A DNA stretch of 64,000 nucleotides from Lingula anatina (lineage: Eukaryota; Animalia; Brachiopoda), in assembly GCA_051362555.1 (NCBI GenBank), contig CM120648.1:2395721-2459720 (forward strand), in the 5' to 3' direction. Within the stretch, counting starts at the first letter, position 1, and each line of letters begins with the position of its first letter. A program made the translations under genes and the position numbers. The notes below the pieces were generated by a model. That model had not been told where the DNA came from. It made no database searches and saw only the letters and a program-made list of their open reading frames with translations. Below, one piece after another: positions 38,783 through 53,369 of this stretch.

Positions 38783-40140
38783 TGCGTGTGTGCGTGCGTG
38801 TGAGTGTGAGAAAGAGAAAGGGTCTAAGGGATGGTTCTAAAAAAACATACAACTGGTGATCCATTGCCAACAGAACAGAACAACATTAGAATGGAATGAG
38901 AACCGTAAGGGAACGTTAAATGAGACACTTTTTCACTGGGGAAAGTTTTGTAATACCAAAAAAAATGTTGGGTTTTTGTAGTTTCAACTAATAAAAATAA
39001 ATCCATCAATTATATACCTAGTAAGGAACTGAGCATGAGAACACGCGGATCTTTCCCAGCCTTCACAGCGTCTGTGTTCTCCTCCACGGGGCACATCAAC
39101 TCGTAAAAGAGTGGCGTAGTGTTCCGCGGGTCCTGGTACAGCAAGTTCTGCAGAAACGTTGTTCCCGTCCGCATTGGCCCAATGATGAAAATAGGCTCCT
39201 TGACAGGGCACTTAAAAACGGCAATGTACATGTTGAAATCTTAAGCGGTTGAATTGCTATTAATTGCGGATTTAAGTTATTGTGATTGTGTCTTGTCAAA
39301 ATTGCATTTACTGTTTAAATGACAGAAAAAAGGTTGCATTTCAAAAATTGACATGAATATCAAGTGCATGGTTTACATAAAAAACAATGGGACCATTCAG
39401 ATCGAGAAGAGCCGAGTGCTAGCTAGACCGCGACCAAAATATGGCGGACCTACATGAAAGGAAGACCGCTTAGTCCTGTAATGTTTACTCCGCCTCTCAC
39501 ACGTCTTCCACGCGTTGAATCTCGGCCGGTTGAATTGAGCCAAGATTTATTTACTGTGCTCCTCAGAGACGACGCGTGGGAAGGCGTGTGAGAGGCGGAG
39601 AGACCATTACAGGATTAAGCAGTCCTCCTTTCATGTAGGTCCGCCATATTAAGATCGCTGCCTAGCTAGCACTCATCTCTTCTCAATCTGAATGGGTCCA
39701 ATGATTAATGAAACACCTTTATGTAGCATCGTGCAGACTAAGTTCTGGGTCAATTTTAAAGCTTCGTATAGTGGTACGAGTGGTAGTATCAGACTCTAAA
39801 CACTCACCTTGGTCAAATCCACAGTGGGAAGTCGTCTTGATATAGCAAGTCTGTTTTTTATTACCTCCTTCAATCTCCTTTCTATTCCAAGCCTCCCAGC
39901 CACCGAGCAGGTGTCATCTTCACGGTAACATTTCAACATTTGAGTGAACCCCTGGTACCACCAGCGCCCAGTGAGACTGTCGGACAACAGAAGACGTCGG
40001 TCGTTAAGAGACAGATCTTGGAGCAGGCTGTCCTCTGTGAGCGGCGTAAAGCGACGCCCCAGGCCGACACGGAGTAACCAGTCGAGAAGAACGATGGCAC
40101 AGTAGCGGCAGAAGATAAGAATATCACTCAGTAGTGGCAT
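37553..40140 (-). CDS. Sulfotransferase copy 2 (same 5-exon structure)
   Basis: GPMRTGTT PSB loop, SPHECLHLFNNMG and HTYRNP; splice sites conserved; no stop seen. Confidence 0.86.
39389..39699. mobile_element. PIF/Harbinger-like MITE with ~140-bp TIRs in intron 1 of copy 2
   Basis: gggaccattcagat... / ...atctgaatgggtcc with a 3-bp TSD AAT; absent at the homologous site (aaacaatgag) in the other copies. Confidence 0.8.
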
Positions 40141-41424
40141 AGTTAACACTCACTATGGTCACAAACCTTGGTGTAATTCACCTGTTATACATTTTTTTGC
40201 TGTCACTGAGGAAAAAAAACACAGGTAACCGCCCTTATTATAGTGAATGAGTGCACTATGAACTAGCAAAGCAACTGAAAGCAACGGAAAATAGCGCTGC
40301 CTCACCTGGCTTCTCACCTAAAACGCCCCACATGACATTGATAGGCTCTCGCCTCTGATGCCCTACATACTGTGTAGACTTTTTTTTTTTTTCAGTGAAC
40401 CGGTTTTTCAATACGTGTCCACCAGGCCATACTGCGACTTGTATTTTATATATGTACGTAATAGATCTGTATATGCTTAGGGTTCTTTTATAAATGTGTC
40501 TGCGTGCGTGCACCCGTGTGTATAGGTGGATGGCGGTGGAGGGCTGTTATAATATATTGGAAGGAGTAGTTAGAGAATTGGTTCAGTTTGTAAACACCAG
40601 GGTGGGACAGAGGCTAGGGGGGCGGGGTGCTCGGTTTTTGAAATCTAAAATATCTTAACATGCCTACACTGATAACACACCTTACAACTGCCATATACAG
40701 GGGCGGATCTAGGATTATTTGAAGGGGGAGGGGGTCAGTTTTTCAAGAATACGGCCCCTTTGGTGTGGGGTTCGGTGTTTTGCAGGGCAAACAGTGCCAA
40801 TTTGGTGCCGTTTAGAACTATGATTCAGCTCTTGAAAATTCTAATATCAAGAGTGGAATATTGGTGTGATTTTCTTCCAGAAACCGAAAGGGGGGGGGGG
40901 GGGGGGGAGGGGGTCAGGACTCCCCTGACGATTTAGTCCTTTATTCAATTGTTCAACCGTTATATGCCTTTTAAAAGCTTTTAGCTTTGACAACAAGATT
41001 GGTCTAGGTATGGGCACCCAGTTTTCACGTCTAACGCAAGTTTCGAGCCTCACATATTTCCTTTATTTGTCCATTTTTTACGTATTTAACAGTGTTCCAA
41101 ATTAACGCTATACTAGTGACCCAAGTCCGACAGCTTTTCGAAAAGGTTGAAGCTAAAGCAAGCGTCATTGGAATCTTGTTTTATTCAATCAAAATGATAT
41201 AAGAAACGAAAATGTTTCCTTATGATTTAAAGTTAACCTCTCGGCAAGCCGTGTAAGCATGCGTCAACTTTATCTCGTGCCAACGCATTATCACGCCATT
41301 GTGAGCTGCTATGTGCAATCCTATTAATAGTTTGTTGCTTTTCGCAGTTTTTTTTTCGGTGTTATTGTTCTAAATATTTCTAATTAAGGCATTTCAGTAG
41401 GTTATATATTTTCATGTTATGAAA

Positions 41425-44400
41425 TTAGCACTGAATGTTAAAATATTCAATATAATCTCGAAATTTCTCAAATATTTCCTCCTCCTTCAACCCGTACGTC
41501 CCCAAGTCGTAATGATGACGACCATATTTAATTTGGGGATTTTCTTTTATATACTTTTTCATCTTCGCTTCAGCTTGCTCGCTGAGATCGAGACCAAACT
41601 TATTATAAATCTGTCGCACTGAATCCATGGGCGATCTAACTAGATGTTCGTAGTCAATATCGACGAATCTGTGTTCTTGATCAGGGTGGTTCTTTCTGAA
41701 TTCTAGGATTTCGTTCCCAGCATGAAACAGGGGGTTGTCTAGGATGTCTCTTCCTAAAACATGAGCACAGACAAATAAAACGCTATCAGAAATCATTGAC
41801 AATACAACTTAGCCAAACTTAACCAAACTCAACCAAACATTGACAGGATCATGAAACAAACAAACAACAAAAACTAAAACGATTTTATAATTATACAGGT
41901 CAGAAAAATATCTCATCAGATTATTATTTCAAAGGTTAGTATATTTCAAAAGATAGTATATTTCAAAAGTTAAGATGCGGTTTAAGGACACGCCCCTACC
42001 TATATCTTTGAGGCCGTAGGCACAAGGAGTAAAGTGCTGCACCAATGAGCAAAAGGAGGCGATCGATTTGCATGGATTGCGGTAGGTGTGGATGAACATT
42101 GCGTCCGGATACACCGCCAGGATTGCGTCCAGGTACACCCCGTGAATGGAATCTTTCAGAATGACTTGTTGGCCATGGCTTGCTGAGTCTAATAAAAGAT
42201 GTTGATCTTGAAATTCATTTTCAGTACGACTTTGCTAAAAAAAAAATCATAATTATTTTAAATATATAAATATAACTACGTACAAAAGTTATTTATAATA
42301 ATACGACAAAGGGCGCATTCAGAACAACGGAATAACGTATCCTTGGATCAATTGTGGCTACCCACTAGAATGTTTGTTAAGTAATCCTCACGGGGAATCT
42401 ATTCAGTGTCTAATCGGGAATTAAGTTTTTTAGTGGGTCGCCATATATTTAATCCGCGGATCTGTTAGTCAGGTGTTCTGAATGCGCCTAAAAACAACCA
42501 AAGGAAAAGGAAACATTTTGAGATGTTTAATTCTATTATGTTCTGACTATAATTTTTGAAATGGAGGGCGGAAAAGGTGAATCCTTTAATCATGTCTATA
42601 ACGACCACATTCCTAAACCTACTTCTTGCTAAAAGAATAAGCTGAAGTTGCAATCGATGGAAACGATAGGCTTCCACCATCTCTTCCTTGGTTCGAGCGC
42701 GCACCCAGTCTCTGAATGGCCCAGTATTACCGATCACCCCTTGGTACAACTTAAATATTCCCATATTGTCGAACAAATGGAAACACTCGTGAGGACTCTT
42801 GGCCTGGATGTTGTGAATGTTTTTACGCAGTCGCTTAACTCGGTACGCGGCATCTGAAATATACGTATATTTATTACAAAATATTTTGAGAACTCTCTTT
42901 CGTTTTCCTCTCCCCCTCTCTCTCTTTTTCACTCTCTCTGCGTGTGTGTGTGTGTGCGCGCGCGTGCACACGCACGCGTGAGTGTGTGTGTGTGTGAGAG
43001 CCAGAGATATGGTTCTCAAAAACATAAATCTGGTAATCCCATGAATCCATTGCCTCGGCAAAGTCAGCAAATGACTCACTTTTTATTACCGTCCGTAGGG
43101 TCCACTGAACGCTCATAAAAGAACAATCCTCAAAGATTTGAAATAACCGAAAACAACTGTTGGGTTGTTGTAGTTTCTACTTACAAAAATAAGTACATCA
43201 ATTAAATACCTAGTAAGGAACTGTAAAAGAGAACATGCAGATCTTTCCCAGCGTTCACAGTCTTATTACGGTCCATACGGTCCACTGAACGCCCATAAAA
43301 TAAATACATCAATTATATTACCTAGAAAGAAACTGGACATGAGAACACGCGGATCTTTCCCAGCGTTCATGGCGTCCGCGTTCTCCTCCACGGGGCACAT
43401 CAACTCGTAAAAGAGTGGCGAAGTGTTATGCGGGTCCTGGTACAGCAAATTCTGAAGAAAGGTTGTCCCCGTCCGCGCTGGCCCAATGATGAAAATAGGC
43501 TCCTTGATAGGGCACTTAAAAACGGCAATGTACATGTTGAACTCTAAGCGGTTGAATTGCTATTAATTGCTGTTTAACTGACAGAAAAAGATTGCATTTC
43601 AATAAGCGACAAGAGCATAAAGTGCATGGTTTACATAAACAAGGCGGCAAAGCTGTCAAATGTACAGACAAAACCCAGAAAATAAAGATGCAGAAAATAG
43701 ATAATTTAGTCAATTTTGATACAATAATAAATAATGCTTATAACAGCACAGTCAATCAACAATACATTTTAATCATACACAGGTAACATGGTCAGTACTG
43801 GATCGACCAAACTCCCTGGGGGTTCACGCTAAATAGCTGTCAGCCGAGCGGGCACGAAAGTTAATTACCCCCTTACAGCTTGTAGTAGGCGGGACGGACA
43901 TTTAAGCCGGATTATCTGACAGTAATCTAGTGAGACTCCCCACGGTGATAGATCGATCTAAAATCTATGGGAAAACGCCCTAAGATTACAGTTTCAGGAC
44001 CATGAGTGCTCAAATTCACATAATGGAAATCCCAACATGTGAAAAATGATGACAGTGCATAAAATAATATTACATAATGTTTGCAGACATAAAAACCAAT
44101 ACAATTGCTCATGTGGAAATGCAGAAAATGCACAGAGCTTCTGGTAGATGGGAGTTAAAAGTTACATCTTGAAGATGCCAGTGTTTGGAAATAATTTAAG
44201 AAATAAAAATAAAACTAATAAAAAATCCCAATAAAGATCATATTAAAACTTTAAATCTAGCTGCATAATCATATGTTTAACCCCACTGAGTTGGGAATAA
44301 CTGAATTGGGAATAATAAGACACTGGTTTTCACTTATTGTGTTATGGGTGTTGCTTATATGCTGAAAGAAGTGAAAAAAACAGCATAACTCCCATACAAA

Positions 44401-45036
44401 TGGCCCGATCATGCTGATTTTCGAACTTGACCTGCATATTATGAATATTTATCAGTTCTGTAATTTTCAAGCCAAAAGAATAGACGATTTTCCACTTATC
44501 GTGTTATCAGTAAAAGTGCATGGCGACGGCGACGACAGACGCAGGTGACAGCTATATGTACAGACACATTTGTGTCTGTACATAAAAACAATGAGTAACG
44601 AAAAACCTTTATGCAGCATCGGGCTGACTAAGTTCTGGGTCAATTTTGAAGCTTCATATTATGGTACGAGTAGGAGCTTCCTGAACATACCTTATACACT
44701 TACCTTGGTCAAATCCACATTCGGAAGTCGTCTTGATATAGCAAGTCTGTTCTTTAATATCTCCTTCCATCTCCTTTCTATCCCCATCCTCCCATCCACC
44801 GAGCAGGTGTCATCTTCACGGTAACATTTCAACAGTTGAGTGAACCCCTGGTACCACCAGCGCCCAGTAAGATTGTCGGACAGCAGGAGACGCCGTTCGT
44901 TTAAAGACAGATCTTGGAGCAGGCTGTCCTCTGTGAGCGGCGTAAAGCGACGCCCCAGGACGACACGAAGTAACCAGTCGAGAAGAACGATGGTGCAGTA
45001 GCGACAGAAGATTAGAATATCGCTCAGTAGTGGCAT
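41425..45036 (-). CDS. Sulfotransferase copy 3
   Basis: GPARTGTT, SPHECFHLFDNMG and HTYRNP. Exon 2 is at about 43514-43322, with an extra partial exon-2 remnant at about 43210-43260. Confidence 0.84.
43638..44585 (-). mobile_element. HINE (same family as 4261 and 24030) inserted in intron 1 of copy 3
   Basis: Reverse-complement head (...gtacagacacatttgtgtctgtac) and tail (aacaaggcggcaaagctgtcaaatgtacagaca). The paralogous empty site gtttacataaaaacaatgag shows insertion into an A/T run with no evident TSD. Confidence 0.8.
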
Positions 45037-45441
45037 AATTAACACTCACTATGGTCACAAACCTGGGTGTAATATACCTGTTATATATTTTTGCTTTCAC
45101 TGAAGAAAAAACTCAGGTAACTGTCCTTACTAGTTGGAACTCGACAACTGAGTGAACTATGAACTATGAAGGCAACCGAACGCAACGGAAAATAGCGCTG
45201 CCTAACCTGGCTTCCTACCTCAGACGCCCTATTTAACATTTATAATCTCTCGTGTCTGTTTTCCTACAAACTTGTATAGACTACAGTTTTTTCAGTGACC
45301 CGGTTTTTCAATACGTGTCTACTATACTGCGGGTTGTATTTTATATCTTACGTAATAGATCTGCATATGGTTATAAGGGTTCTTTTATAAATGCGTCTGC
45401 GTGCGTGCACCCGTGTGTATAGGTGTATGGAGGTGGAGGGT

Positions 45442-45598
45442 CAGGCCCGTAGCCAGCAATTTCAAAAGGGGGTTCTTTTTCTGAAAAAGTGGACCTTTTT
45501 CAATAAAAACTTCATGATCCTAGATCAAATTTTACCCAGAGTGGACCTTTTCCCACCAAAAGGGGCGGTTCTTTCGAACACTCCGAACTCCCACCCTG
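45442..45598. mobile_element. CAGG...CCTG MITE with a 5-bp TSD (AGGGT)
   Basis: The empty site ggtggagggttgttaaaata is present in paralogous spacers; internal sequence matches 28568-28726. Confidence 0.7.
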
Positions 45599-46230
45599 AG
45601 GGTTGTTAAAATATATTGGAAGGAGCAGTATGTCGACATGCCTACTCTGATAAAACACCTTACAAGTGCCATATACACTGGTGGATCTAGGATTATTTGA
45701 ACGGGGGGGGTGGGGGGGCAGTTTTTTAAGAACGAAATGGGCTGGGATGCGAATCCGACCCTTGCCCCTTTGGTGTGGGGTTCGGTGTTTTGCAGGGCAA
45801 ACAGTGCCATTTGGTGCCGTTTAGAACTATGATTCAGCTCTTGAAAATTATAATATCTAGAGTGGAATATTGGTGTGATTTATTTTCCAGAAACCGAAGG
45901 TGGGGTGGGTCAGGACTCCCCCTGACAATTTAGTATTTTAATCAATTTTTCAACCGTAATATGTCTTTTAAAAAGACTTTAGCTTTGACAATAATTCTGG
46001 TAATACTAAAATTTTTCCGAACATCTTTATATAGCTGGTATAGGTACATACTGGATCAGGTATGCCTATGGTACAAATGTAGGTCGTATAGGCACCATGA
46101 CTCGACATTGTGAACTATTATGTGCAATCTTATAGTTCGATGCTTTTCTCAGTTTTTTGGAATTCAGTGTTATTTTTCTAAATTTTTCTAATTAAGACAT
46201 ATCAATAGTTTATATTATTCCGTTATGAAG

Positions 46231-47804
46231 TTAGCACTGAATGTTAAAATTTTCAATATAATCTCGAAATTTCTCAAATATTTCCTCCTCCTTCAATCCG
46301 TACGGCTCCAGGTCGTAATGGTGACGACCATATTTATTTTGGGGATTTTCTTTTATATACTCCTTCATCTTCGCTTCAGCTTGCTCGCTGAGATCGAGCC
46401 CAAACTTATCATAAATCTGTCTCACTGTATCTATGGGCGCTCTCACAAGATGTTCGTAGTCTATATCGACGAATCTGTGTTCTTGATGAGGGTGGTTCTT
46501 TCTGAATTCTAGGATTTCGTTCCCCGCGTGTAACAGGGGGTCGTCTAGGACGTCTCTTCCTAAAATTTGAACATGGACAACTAAAAAACAATCAGAAATC
46601 ATTAACAATACAACTTAACCAAACGTTATTTACGGATAGGATCATGAAACAAATAAACAAAAATTTTACAACTTTCAAAAAAAATCTCATCAGATTATTA
46701 TTTCAAAGGTTAGTATATTTCAAAAAGTTAAGAAGAGGTTTAAGGACACACCCCTACCTATATCTTTGGGGTCGTAGGCACAAGTGGTGTGGTGCTGAAA
46801 CAACGAGCAAACGGATGCGAGTGATTTGCATGGATTGCGGTAGGTGTGAATGAACATTGCGTCCGGATACACCGCCAGGATTGCGTCCAGGTACAGCCCA
46901 TGCATGGAATCTTTCAGAATGACGTGCTGGTCATGGCTTGCTGAATCTAATAAAAGATGATGATGTTAAAATTCGTTTTCAATGCGATTTTCCTAAAAAT
47001 CAAAAGAAATAATAAATAAATATATAAATATAAAGTAATATAAATATAAATATGCATAAAATTTCTTTATAATAAAGCGACGAAGAGCACAATCAGAACA
47101 GAAAACTAACAGATCCGCGGACCAATTATGGCCGACCCATTTAAATGTTTGTTGAGAAATCCCATGGGGAATCTATTCAGTGTCTAACCAGGAATCAAGC
47201 GGCAAGCTTTTTAGAATCTATTCAGTGTCTTATCAGGAATCAAGCGGGAAGCTTTTTAGAATCTATTCAGTGTCTAATCAGGAATCAAGCGGGAGGCTTT
47301 TTAGTGGGTCGCCATATTTGATCCGCGGATCTGTTAGTTCGCTGTTCTGAATGCCATCAAAAACAACCAAAGGAAAGATAACATTTTGAGATGATTAAGT
47401 TCTGATCTTAAATTTTGAATGGATAGGCGAAAAAGGTGAATCCTTTTATTATGTCTATAGCGACCACATTCCTACACCTACTTCTTGCTAAAAGAATAAG
47501 CTGAAGTTGCAATCGATGGAAACGATAGGCTTCCACCATCTCTTCCTTGGTTCGAGCGCGCACCCAGTCTCTATATGGCCCAGTGTTACCGATCACCCCT
47601 TGGTAAAACTTAAATATCCCCATATTGTTGAACAAATGGAAACACTCGTGAGGACTCTTGGCCTGGACGTTGTGAATGTTTTTAAACATTCGTTTACCTC
47701 GTAATGCGACATCTGAAATATGTATATAATATAATACAGTATGTATATAAAAAAAATTTGAGAACTCTCTCTCTTTACTCTCTCTTTCTTACTCTGCGCC
47801 TGTT

Positions 47805-47849
<45 letters not shown>

Positions 47850-48887
47850 GTGAGAGAGAGAGAGCCTGAGAGATGGTTCTCAAAAACATAAAACTGGTAA
47901 TCCCATGAATCTATTGCCTCGGCAAAGTCAGCAAATGACTCAAAGGTTATTACGGTCCATACGGTCCTCGGAACGCCCATAAAAGAACAATCCTCAAGTA
48001 CTGTATTTGAAATACCAAAAACAAAGGTTGGGTTTTTAAAGTTATAATCATTTAAATAAATACAACAATTATATACCTAAAAAGAAACTAAACATGAGAA
48101 CACGCGGATCTTTCCCAGCGTTCACTGCATCTGTGTTCTCCTCCACGGGGCACATCAACTCGTAGAAGAGTGGCGAAGTGTTTCGCGGGTCCTGGTACAG
48201 CAAGTTCTGCAGGTACGTTGTCCCCGTCCGCATTGGCCCAATGATGAAAATAGGCTCCTTGATAGGGCACTTAAAACAGCAATGTACATGTTGACCTCTT
48301 AAGCGGTTGAATTGCTATTAATTGCGGATTTAAGTTATTGTGCTTGTGTCTTGTCAATATTCCTTTTACTGTTTAAGTGACAGAATTTATTGCATTTCAA
48401 TAAGCGACACGAGTATAAAGTGCATGGTTTACATAAAAAACAATGAGTCATGAAAAACTTTTTTGCAGCATCGTGCTAAGTTTTGGGTCAATTTTGAAAC
48501 TTCGTATAATGGTACGAGTGGCAGCATCAGACTCTATACACTCACCTTGGTCAAATCCACATTCGGTAGTCGTCTTGATATAGCAAGTCTGTTATTTAAT
48601 ATTTCTTTCAATCTCCTTTCTATTCCCATCCTCCCGTCCACCGAGCAGGTGGCATCTTCACGGTAACATTTCAACAGTTGAGTGAACCCCTGGTACCACC
48701 AGCGCCCAGTAAGATTGTCAGAGAACAGCAGACGTCGGTCGTTAAGAGACAGATCACGGAGCAGGCTGTCTTCTGTGAGCGGCGTAAAGCGACGCCCAAG
48801 TGCGACACGAAGTAAACAGTCGAGAAGAACAATGGCGCAGTAGCAGCAGTTGTAGCAGAAGATAGAAATATCGCTCAGTAGTGACAT
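46231..48887 (-). CDS. Sulfotransferase copy 4
   Basis: GPMRTGTTYL, SPHECFHLFNNMG and HTYRNP; conserved exon structure. Confidence 0.86.
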
Positions 48888-49969
48888 AGTCAACACTCAC
48901 TATGGTCACAAACCTGGGTGTCATATACCTGTTATATATTTTTGCTGTCACTGAAGAAAAAAACTCAGGTAACCGCCCTTACTAGTTGGAACACGTCGAC
49001 TGAGTGAACTATGAACTATCAAAGCAACTGAAAGGAACGGAAAATAGCGCTGTGTCACCTGGCTTCTTACCTCAAACGCCCTATTTAATATTATAAGCTC
49101 TCGCCACTGTTGTCCTACAAACTTGTATAGACTACTGTTTTTTCAGTGAACCGGTTTTTCAATACGTGCCTCCCATACTACGGCATGTATTTTATATCTT
49201 ACGTAATTGATTTGCATATGCTTAGGGATCTTTTATAGATGTGTCTGCGTGCGTGCACCCGTTTGTATAGGTGGATGGAGGTGGAGGGTTGTTAAAATAT
49301 AGTGGAAGGAGTAGTATTTTGACATTCCTACACTGATAACACACCTTACAACTGCCATATACAGGGGCGGATCCAGGATTATTTGAACGGGGGGTGGGGT
49401 GGGGGGGGGGCAGTTTTTTAAGAATGAAAGGGCTGGGATGCGAATCCGACCCTTGCCCCTTTGGTGTGGGGTTCGGTGTTTTGCAGGGCAAACAGTGCCA
49501 TTTGGTGCCATTTAGAACTGTGATTCAGCTCTTGAAAATTTTAATATCAAGAGTGGAATATTGGTGTGATTTTTTTCCAGAAACCGAAAAGAGGGGGGGG
49601 GGGGGGGTCAGGGGGGGGGGGGGGGTCAGGACTCCCCTGACAATTTAGTCTTTTAATCAATTGTTCAACCGTTATATGTCTTTTAAAAAGACTTAAGCTT
49701 TGACAATAATTCTGGTAATATTAGAATTTTTAAGAAACATCTTTAAATATCTGGTACAGGCACATACTGGGTCAGTTATGCCTATGGTAGGTCGTACGGG
49801 CACCCTATTCCAGGACTTGATCTAATGTCAACGCATTTTCTCGCCATTGTGAACTATTATGTGCAATCTTATAGTTCGATGCTTTTCTCAGTTTTTTGGA
49901 ATTCAGTGTTATTTTTCTAAATGTTTCTAATTAAGACATATCAATAGTTTATATTATTCCGTTATGAAG

Positions 49970-52539
49970 TTAGCACTGAATGTTAAAATATTCAATATAA
50001 TCTCGAAATTTTTCAAATATTTCCTCCTCCTTCAACCCGTACGGCTCCAAGTCGTAATGGTGACGACCATATTTATTTTGGGGATTTTCTTTTATATACT
50101 CCTTTATCATTGCTTCAGCTTCTTCGCTGAGATCGAGCCCAAATTTATCATAAATCTGTCTCACTGTATCTATGGGCGCTCTAACAAGATGTTCGTAGTC
50201 TATATCGACGAATCTGTGTTCTTGATCAGGGTGGTTCTTTCTGAATTCTAGGATTTCGTTCCCCGCGTGAAATAGGGGGTCGTCTAGGACGTCTCTTCCT
50301 AAAATATGAACACAGACAACTAAAACGCAATCAGAAATCATTGACAATACAACTTAACCAAAAGTTATTTACATTGACAGGATCATGAAATAAATTAACA
50401 ACAAAAATTTTAACATTTTTTTTATTTTACAGGTCAGAAAAACCTCATCAGATTATTATTTCAAAGGTTAGTATATTTCAAAAAGTTAAGAAGAGGTTTA
50501 AGGACAAGCCCCTACCTATATCTTTGGGGTCGTAGACACAAGTGGTGAGGTGCTGAAACAATGAGCACACGGAGGCGAGCGATTTGCATGGATTGCGGCA
50601 GGTGTGGATGAACATTGCGTCCGGATACACCGCCAGGATTGCGTCCAGGTACACCCCGTGCATGGAATCTTTCAGAATGACGTGTTGGCCATGGCTTGCT
50701 GAGTCTAATAAAAGATGTTGATGTTAAAATTCGTTTTCAATGCAATTTTCCTAAAAATCAAAATAAATTTTAATATATAAATATATAGTAATATAAATAT
50801 AAATATAAATAGCCATAAAATTTCTTTATAATAAAGCGACAAAAAGAGCAATCAGAACAGCGAACTAACAGATCCGCGGATCAAATATGGCTGACCCACT
50901 TGGATGTTTGTTGAGTTATTCCCATGTAACGGGGAATCTATTCAGAGTCTAATCAGGAATCAAGTGGCAAGCTTTTTAGAATCTATTCAGTGTCTAACCA
51001 GGAATCAAGCGGCAAGCTTTTTAGAATCTATTCAGTGTCTAACCAGGAATCAAGCGGCAAGCTTTTTAGTGGGTCGCCATATTTGATCCGCGGATCTGTT
51101 AGTTCGCTGTTCTGAATGCCATCATAAACAACCAAAGGAAAGGAAACATTTTGAGATGATTAAGTTCTGACCCTTAATTTTGAAATGGAGAGGCGAAAAA
51201 GGCAAATCCTTTTATTATATCTATAACGACCACATTCCTACACTTACTTCTTGCTAAAAGAATAAGCTGAAGTTGCAAACGATGGAAACGATAGGCTTCC
51301 ACCATCTCTTCCTTGGTTCGAGCGCGCACCCAGTCTCTGTATGGACCAGTGTTACCGATCACCCCTTGGTAAAACTTAAATATCCCCATATTGTCGAACA
51401 AATGGAAACACTCGTGAGGACTCTTGGCCTGGACATTGTGAATGTTTCTAAACATTCGTTTACCTCGTAATGCGACATCTGAAATATGTATATACAGTAT
51501 GTATATAAAATATAATTGAGAACTCTCTCTTTACTCTCTCTCTCTCTCTCTCTCTCACTTTCTATCTTTTACCTCGGCAAAATCAGCAAATGACTCACAA
51601 GTTATTACGGTCCATACGGTCCACGGAACGCCCATAAAAGAACAATCCTCAAGTACTGTATTTGAAATACCAAAAACATATGTTGGTTTTTGAGGTTATA
51701 ATTATTTAAATAAATACAACAATTATATACCTAAAAAGAAACTAAACATGAGAACACGCGGATCTTTCCCAGCGTTCACTGCGTCTGTGTTCTCCTCTAC
51801 GGGGCACATCAACTCGTAGAAGAGTGGCGAAGTGTTCCGAGGGTCCTGGTACAACAAGTTCTGCAGGTACGTTGTCCCCGTCCGCATTGGCCCAATGATG
51901 AAAATAGGCTCCTTGATAGGGCACTTAAAACGGCAATGTACATGTTGACCTCTTAAGCGGTTGAATTGCTATTAATTGCGGATTTAAGTTATTGTGCTTG
52001 TGTCTTGTCAATATTCCTTTTACTGTTTAAGTGACAGAATTTATTGCATTTCAATAAGCGACACGAGTATAAAGTGCATGGTTTACATAAAAAACAACGA
52101 GTCATGAAAAACTTTTATGCAGCATCGTGCTACGTTTTGGGTCAATTTTGAAACTTCGTATAGTGGTACGAGTGGCAGTGTCAGACTATACACTCACCTT
52201 GGTCAAATCCACAGTCGGTAGTCGTCTAGATATAGCAAGTCTGTTATTTAATATCTCCTTCAATCTCCTTTCTATTCCCATCCTCCCGTCCACCGAGCAG
52301 GTGTCATCTTCACGGTAACATTTCAACAGTTGAGTGAACCCCTGGTACCACCAGCGCCCAGTAAGACTGTCGGACAGCAGGAGACGCCGGTCGTTAAGAG
52401 ACAGATCTCGGAGCAGACTGTCCTCTGTGAGCGGCGTAAAGCGACGTCCCAGGACGACATGGAGTAACCAGTCGAGAAGAATGATGGCACAGTAGCAGCA
52501 GTAGTAGCAGAAGATAAGAAAATCGCTCAGTAGTGACAT
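49970..52539 (-). CDS. Sulfotransferase copy 5
   Basis: GPMRTGTTYL, SPHECFHLFDNMG and HTCRNP; conserved exon structure; close to copy 4. Confidence 0.86.
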
Positions 52540-52885
52540 AGTCAACACTCACTATGGTCACAGACCTGGGTGTAATATACCTGTTATATATTTTGTTGTC
52601 ACTGAAAAAAAGAAAATTCAGGTAACCGCCCTTGCTAGTTGGAACACGACGACTGAGTAAACTATGAACTATCAAAGCAACTGAAAACAAAGGAAAATAG
52701 CGCTGCCTCACCTGGCTTCTTACCTCAAACGCCCTATTTAATATAAATAGGCTTTCGCCTCAGTTGCCCTATTGTAGATTCACTGTATAGACTTCTTTTT
52801 TCAAGTTTAGTGGATTTTCAATACGTGTATACCAAACCTTACTGCAGCTCGTAATTCATATAGATTCTGACCATAATTGTGTTCG

Positions 52886-52919
<34 letters not shown>

Positions 52920-53369
52920 ACCCGTGTGTAAACATGTAGGTGGAGGGTTGCTATAATATATTGGAAGGAGTACTTCAAGAATTGGTTTAGTTTGAATGCA
53001 CCAGGGATGACACCAAGGCGACCAGGGGGGGGGGGGGGCACTTTTTTTGAAAACCGAACAGAATTTATCTAAAATGTCTTGACATGCCTCCACTGATGAC
53101 ACACCGTACATCTGCCATATATTTTTCTTATGGGTGTAATGTGTGACGTGTTTCCGTTAAGGTTTCTCAGCGCTACCAAATCTAATAAGTGTCATTAACT
53201 TGGATACGCTCGTGATCAGGCCATGACAGCGTCGACTTGCTCTGTCAACAGGTGTATTAGTGAGGACATTTCCACAATGTAAGCCGTACTGTGTCAAATT
53301 TAAATGTGCTTTGAAATCAATGGCGTTACATTTTGAAGTCAAGAACTAAGAAGAAGAAAATCTAGTAGG

